From the NCBI RefSeq assembly GCF_009914755.1, contig NC_060937.1: 64,000 nucleotides of DNA, one strand, 5' to 3'. The position numbers and the translations under genes were made by a program. This DNA is from the human T2T-CHM13v2.0 reference genome, Homo sapiens. This document shows positions 57,321-64,000 of this stretch, piece after piece. The first letter of the stretch is position 1; each line of letters begins with the position of its first letter. The notes below the pieces were generated by a model that was not told the origin of the DNA, searched no databases, and saw only the letters and a list, made by a program, of their open reading frames with translations.

Positions 57321-58399
57321 TAGCAAATCCAGGTCTGATTCCAGATCATTTTGTGAGCTTGAAACTGCCTACCCTGTTCTAACCTCATATGACAAGTTAC
57401 TCATCTATTTGGGGGTAATGCTAGGAAGATCTTATACACGGCATTGATCAAGCTTTTTCTAATGCCTGGAAAGTGCCACATAAATCACCTAAAATGTCAA
57501 ATAAAAGCCTAAATGACATATTTAATTATAAAAATTATGTTTTATGATTACCCTGGCTCAGTAGATTTTGGTTTAATTGCCTCTCTGAAAAGTCCCAAGC
57601 TAACTGATAATTAATGAACAAATTCTTTTTGATCTATAATGAAATCATAGATTATAGGGGTTCCCACACTCATGCCTTCTAGTTCGCACTTCTTCCTTCT
57701 GAAAATCTCAATTTTTAACAGGTTGACAGACGTTCAATTCTGTTTTGAAACGCAAAGTAGTCTGAATCCACTTCAGAGACAAATGATCCCCTCGGATGTG
57801 GGAAAACATGCAAGGATTTGCTTTTGCAAGCCATAGTCTCACAAAGATGAGGAGTTCCTGACAGTACATCCAGGCTCACGTTTCAAAATGGAGAATTACA
57901 ATGCAACATGTTGACAGTACTAGGATGTGGCTGCCATTCCTTACTTTGTTTGCTTCCTTCAAAAGAAAGTGCTTTTTTTTTTTTTAATGTTGGGGGCTTA
58001 AAAGAGGAGTGAAAGGTGAAACAAAGGGTTATACAGACAAGTTTTGTGCATTTCTAACTTTGCACTGGAAATCTACTCCTGACTTACTGCAGTCATCTTG
58101 AAGCTTAAAATCCAAGATCACTGGCCTTGCTGATTTTCCTTCTATCAATGACCACAAATGCCCCAGTCTCAAAACCCCAGCATCATTGTTGACCAGTATG
58201 ATCATATGTTCAATTTGCCTAGGAAAGTCCCAGTTTGTGCCTGTTTTCCCACTGTCCTGACCAGTGTAGCATTTGTCTTGGAAAATGTCCTAGGTTGGAC
58301 AATACATTTTATGATCACTCTATTTCTCCTCTTTCCCCTGAAAATCCTGATCCTTTTTCCTTTGTGTGACCTGGTCATTCATTCCTTTATTTTAATTCT

Positions 58400-59240
58400 A
58401 CCACCTTTATGAACTGCACTGATATACTACTCCCCCATCAGTGATCTCCAGTCTCTAATCGATTATACACATGAAGCTACTGCTCTGAAGCCCTGGATAT
58501 CTTCTCCTTATTTAATGGATTAAATCCAAATTCAGGCATTCAAGATTTTCACATCCTGGTCCTTTTGCTGTTTCTGCAGCCTTGCCTGCAATGTCTCCCT
58601 GATGTAATATGTGGGTCCAGCACAATTGCTTGCTCAGCCTCCTACGCACTGTCATATGCATCTGCTTCTGTGATACAGTTGCTCAAGCTGCTCTGCTCTC
58701 TTTTATCTAAGACCTACTCTCCTTTCAAGACCAACTCAACTCTCACTTCCTCCCGAAAGCTTTCTCTGCTGTCCCTGCCTTCGATCAATCACCTCTCCTA
58801 CATGACGCTCCAGCAACAAGTAACCTCAAAACTACTGACTGAACACTTAGCACAGCCTACCTTGCATTCTTCTTTGTCTCTTTCATGCCTCAGTTCTGTC
58901 TCTCCAGGTAGACCTTAAACTCATCAAGAGCAAGGATCTTTTCTTATAATTTTTCTTATAATTTTCTTTCCTCCAACAGCCACCAAAATCTGCTGACAGA
59001 AGGCAGGAGGCAGCATAAAATACAGGAAAAGCACTGGACGTAGCATGATTTGTCTTAGACTTGCCACTTACTATCTGTGAAACTTGGGGAAAGGTTTACC
59101 TCTCATCCTCAGTTTCCGCATCTACACATTGGGGGATGAGGATGAAACCAGTACCTGCCGTGCCTTCATTACCAAGTGGTTGTGAGAATCAGGTAAAGTG
59201 AGTGTGTTCTGAATTACAAAGATTTACATACATGAGGAAT
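58400..59240. mobile_element. L2 fragment followed by a MIR (~59010-59240)
   Basis: L2-like 'cctactctcctttcaagaccaactcaac'; MIR-like 'ccacttactatctgtgaaacttggg...cctcagtttccgcatct'. Confidence 0.6.
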
Positions 59241-61451
59241 TAGTTAACATTTTTTTGATGATGGTAATAACATCATCAAAGACATCTAGCCACAACTTAA
59301 TCAGAACTACCTATCATATGGTGCTTCAGAGAATTCAAATTCAATTCCTTTCTCTGAACACTCATGAGAAAAAAAAAAAAAGCTAGGATAAGTATCAGCC
59401 TTGAGGCTCCCATATTTCATTTCCTCTCTTCAAAGCCAAAGTCTTTAAAGACCTGAGTGTGGAATATGAAAGGCAGGAGTGAGGGAAAGTGACCAGTTAA
59501 CATCTCTAGTCCTTCCAGCGTTTCAGACTCTTTCAAGTACTTTTCTCTCATCTGCAAAACATCCTTTTGAGATACTGGAACCAATACTATGAGCCCTTTG
59601 AAAAAAAGAAAAGGGGAAAAGTAACATGCAGCTTCCAAAAAAAAAAAAAAATCTAACATTTAGCAGGAGTAGGTTGGGGCATGGTGATTTTGGAATCAGT
59701 CACACTTTACAATTCCAGCTTCAGGCTTGACTGAAGTGTTCCAGGTGGGCAGCTCTTCTAGAACTTTCCCTGTAGCAGAAGTCTGTTCACTGATGGATGT
59801 TTGTGGCAGGAGCCAAGCGAATTAGTCAGATAAAATATAAGCGTGAAAACAGGAAAGTGGTTCTCCTGAAGTTTCTTTTCTAGCTGTAAGCTTCCACACC
59901 ACAGAATAGTCAATCACATTACAGCCCACAAGAAAAACCTGAAAGAATCATGTTCAGCTGACCTCAAACCACATATTCTTAGCTAATAAAACATCCTTGC
60001 ATCAGGTCTCAAGAACACAAACTCAAAGCTAATATAAGATAGCAATTCTGCAAGACAGTTTGCCCCTGGTAATTATACTAAAAATAAAAAAAAGGCAGCC
60101 AACTGGTGAGGTTGTCTGTTCTTTTTAGAAAAGATATTTCATGTTCCCTCAAGCTTCATTATCAGTGATTGGCTTGGATGAATGGGCGGCTTCCAACAGC
60201 TTTTACCCAAGGCCAGGCTTGACAAATGTGGCATGATTTTGGCAGTGCTCGGGCTCTGATTCAGTCTTCAAATGTCTGGCATGGAACATGAACTTCTGAA
60301 CCTGACCTAAAGCTATTATGGGCTTTAAATTTTCAAGCAATTGCATCATTAAGCAACCAGCATGCGATGGCATTACTATCTTATCCACTGCCTAAATACC
60401 ACAATGCATTTAAAGGAAGTTGACATAAATCAGCAATGAAAGGCACAGATGACGGCAATAAGAAATGGCCCATCATTAAGGTTCATTCAAAAGCATACAG
60501 GTTGGAACTGCAGCACATTCAATTTTAAAATGCAGATATGACACAAATTCAGAAAGCTATGAAGAGCAATTTGTGAATTTTCACCAAATAGCATATGCTC
60601 TGAGAAATTTTTGTCTAAGTGTTCTCCAAGGTAGCTTTGTAGTGGTGGAGTTTCTTCCTTTTCTTTCTTAAACCTCTGCTCCAAGAAGAGACAAAGCATC
60701 CACATTCAATTATAAGAGTTTTCTTTTTCACCTCAAATTACCAATATTCCCTCATCTTTTCCAATATCATATTGTAAAGATACAATCCAAATGCCTGTGT
60801 CTACAAGGATTCAGTGGAGGAAATGACTTAACATTTGAGTGAACTAAGTTCACTTTATTACGAAATCTAATTCTATCCGTTTTCAATATACTAGTTAGTA
60901 TGGGGCAATATTTTTAATGGGCCACACCAAAATATAATAAAAGGAATGTAAACAGATCAGAGGACAAAGACAAGGAAACCAATCTGGTAGTTTTATTAGC
61001 AAAACCAGAAAGAATAAGAACATTTTACTTTCATATAAATGTTCCTTTGTCTTCTTTCATTTTTACTGAGGCCAATTCAAATGTTGAGGAACAATCTGGG
61101 AGGCTCTTCAGTTTCAATGATGATTAACAGAAAATTACCATTCTGAATGGAAATTTCACCTCTTCCCAACTCATTAGAATACACTGGCTTTTCTGACTAA
61201 ATCACAGGTGAGCAAATAATAGAAGACTGCTTATTTTTAGCAGCAGGCTGTGAGAGACAACCTCAAAAAAGATAAACTAACCCACGTACGTGAGATCACA
61301 CGTTTTTACCATAAATCTTTGTTTCCTGGCTGTTCTTATAAATGCAAATCTAGCAGAAATGTTACAAACATAAGCAATAAGATTACAACAGTTTTCCTAA
61401 AATATCTTCTATATTAGGCTTTACTTAAGGCCAACAATATTTTCATCTATT

Positions 61452-61756
61452 TTAATTTTATTATTTCTTTTTTTTAATTTTTTGAGATGGAGTTTCATTC
61501 ACTCTTGTTGCCCAGGCTGGAGTTAAATATTATGCAATCTCCGCCTCCCAGGTTCAAGTGATTCTCCTGCCTCAGCCTCCCAAGCATCTGGGATTACAGG
61601 TGCCCACCACCACGCCCAGTTAATTTTTGTATTTTTAGTAGAGACGGGGCTTCACCATGTTGGTCATGCTGGTTGCAAACTCCTGACCTCAGGGGATCTA
61701 CCCGCCTCGGCCTCCCAAAATGCTAAGATTCTAGGCGTAAGCCACTGCACCCTGCC
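61452..61756 (-). mobile_element. AluS SINE
   Basis: Alu body with a T-rich tail; ctatttta on both flanks. Confidence 0.9.
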
Positions 61757-61887
61757 AACCTATTTTAGTTGTAAATAAAATCATCAGTGCTTTAAGAAGG
61801 AGAGATAGATTAAGGCCTCCCGTCTTCATCATTCGCTTCAGTGTGCTGGTATTGCAAACAGCACCATGTGCAATGCCCATTCCCACT

Positions 61888-62292
61888 TGAGGTGGTCAAT
61901 TTTATGTGTCAACTTGGCTGGGCCACGGGGCCCAGGTATGTAGTCAAGCACTATTCTGCACATTTCTTTGAGGGTGTTTTTAGATGAGATTAACATTTAA
62001 ATTGCTAAATTTGAGCAAAGCAGACTGCCCTCTGTAATGCAGGTGGGCCTCATCTATTGGTTGACAGCTTGAATAGAACAAAAGGCTGACCTCCACAAGC
62101 AGGAGGCCATTCTAGCAGATTTGAACTGCAACATCAGCTCTTCCTGAGTCTCCAGCTTGCCAGCCCTCCCTGAGTATTTTGAACTTGCCTGTCTCGATGT
62201 TCACGTGAGTTCCTTAAAACAAATCTCTTTCCATATATATATATACACACAACCTATTGGTTCTGTTTCTATGGAGAACCCTGATTAATACA
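61888..62292 (+). mobile_element. MLT2 (ERVL) solo LTR
   Basis: TG...CA ends, 'aattttatgtgtcaacttggctggg', 'cctattggttctgtttctatggagaaccctgattaataca'; 5-bp TSD ccact. Confidence 0.88.
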
Positions 62293-64000
62293 CCACTTAT
62301 CTGAAGGGTATTATCCACTCTGTGCATCATCTTTTATACATGCTTTGCTTTCATCCATATGGACAGCATAACTTTATTTTTGCCCATTTAATACTGAGAG
62401 TGAGCATTCGACCTGTTGGCCACAAAGCTATAGCTATTTACTCAGAGCTTCTATTTTTAACACTCTGATTCCTGTGTTATTTATTTTACATGCAGTGAAG
62501 CCCTTTAAAGCCCCTTAACCACTTCCCTACATCTGCATGCAGGAACAGTCTCCTCCTGCTAGAAACAGAGTTTAATGATGTTTGAGTTGAAGGTAGGATG
62601 GAAAAAGCCAATTAGTTTCCAGAATGGCTCCTTTCTCTTGGGGCTACACCTTGTGGTTTGAAATTAAATCCAATATCAGCCTCATCCATACACAAATGCA
62701 AAGCCAAGGCTAGCCCACTTTGGATAATCTCGTGATCTTCTCCACTGAACATGAGCATGTATTGTCTGGATCAAGTTCTTTTTAATGATGAGGAAATATG
62801 AGATTTATTACTAATGAAGATAGGCCCCAATCCAACTAAAACCTAGGCAGATATGATTATCTTTAATTTCTTTTCTCATCTCTCATTTTAAGGGGAAAAT
62901 CATCGTAGAGCAGAAATCTCAAAAACTTGCTTTGGAGGCAAAGAACATTTTCCCTCTCTTGGCTTTTTCCAGTGTGAATGGAACACGCATGGCTCTAATT
63001 TCACAGGTTAATTTCATTCTGACAATGGAAAACAGTTAAACAGCCAATCACATGTTTACATCTATCAATAGTTTTTAATACCGATGATCATGAGGTGGTG
63101 TTGGCCTGATTAGTTCAGTCCTAACCTAAAAATGACTGATTGCTAATGAAAACATTCTTTCTCATACAGAACATTCCAACTATGGTTGTAAGTCATGAAA
63201 CTTGCAATGTAATAGTCTTTAAATCAGATATAAAAGAACTTCCCCCCAAACCAAAACTAAGCAAAAAACCAACCAAACAGCAAAGTATGCTTCTCATGGA
63301 TTAACTACTGGCAATTGCTTTGTTCCATTATACAGAAATGTTTTGACTAACCAGAATGCATAGGTCCTGGGGTGTTTTGGGTAGCTTGGTGTAGCAATCT
63401 GAAGTTTAGCATTTTTGATTCCAGCTTATTACTGATATTTAATATAAAGCACAACCAGTCTACTTTCCCACTAAGTGTGGTCAGCAGTTTCCCATGTTCT
63501 GATTGCTGATCCAGACCATTGTTGGAGTGGCATCATCACTCGATCAATTCTTCTTTTGACATGCTGAGCTCCACTCCCACCTTCCTCAGTGGCTTTAGTT
63601 ACTGACCCCCTTTTGAGTATTTTAGTGTCCCTTCAACTGCCCTAAAATTTTAACATAATTTTTTAAATTCTGAATAAAATTAAGAAGTATAAGAAAGTGT
63701 AGGAGTCTTAGAAGAAAAATTGACTCACAACGTCCTTAAGATAAAGTACAAAACTACGACACAATACACTCCTATTGTCAGAAAATGCTAAACATTTTGA
63801 TAAATAATATCATTATTAAAATAAAAATGCCCTTCAATAGTTTTGAGTTTTATCATCCTAAAAAGAAAAATAGAGCCCTTTCATAATCCTCTCCATTCAA
63901 TATCTCCTGCGAATGCAGAAACCTCACACCCACATTGATGGCTCTTCAGAGGCACCTCACAGCCATACGAATAGCTCTTCTGCCTCTTCGGGTCCCTGTT

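Noticed and set aside
59417-60705. Several short minus-strand ORFs suggesting a pseudogene
   Set aside because: No recognisable homology, poly-A tail or TSD.

Overview
Human genomic DNA (an AluYa5 and an SVA are present) lying inside DCLK1 (doublecortin-like kinase 1), which is transcribed on the minus strand. I found one protein-coding exon: 100 nt at 11769-11868 (minus), encoding [33 protein letters not shown], the end of the second doublecortin domain. The ORF track misses it. The rest reads as intron filled with Alu, L1M, L2, MIR, MaLR/ERV LTRs, hAT/mariner MITEs and simple repeats, and none of the listed ORFs looks like a real gene. Most notable observations: (1) a ~1.8 kb cryptic-trinucleotide VNTR with higher-order units and long open frames on the DCLK1 sense strand; (2) an SVA with a 3' transduced Alu arm inside one target-site duplication (TSD); (3) a TSD-flanked 340-bp L1-fragment+Alu-monomer retrocopy inside a MER1 element; (4) a candidate 3-nt in-frame microexon; (5) several small duplication or template-switch scars. 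I cannot support a new multi-gene system here. Repeat subfamily names come from recalled consensus sequences and need RepeatMasker/Dfam confirmation; boundaries of old repeats are approximate.
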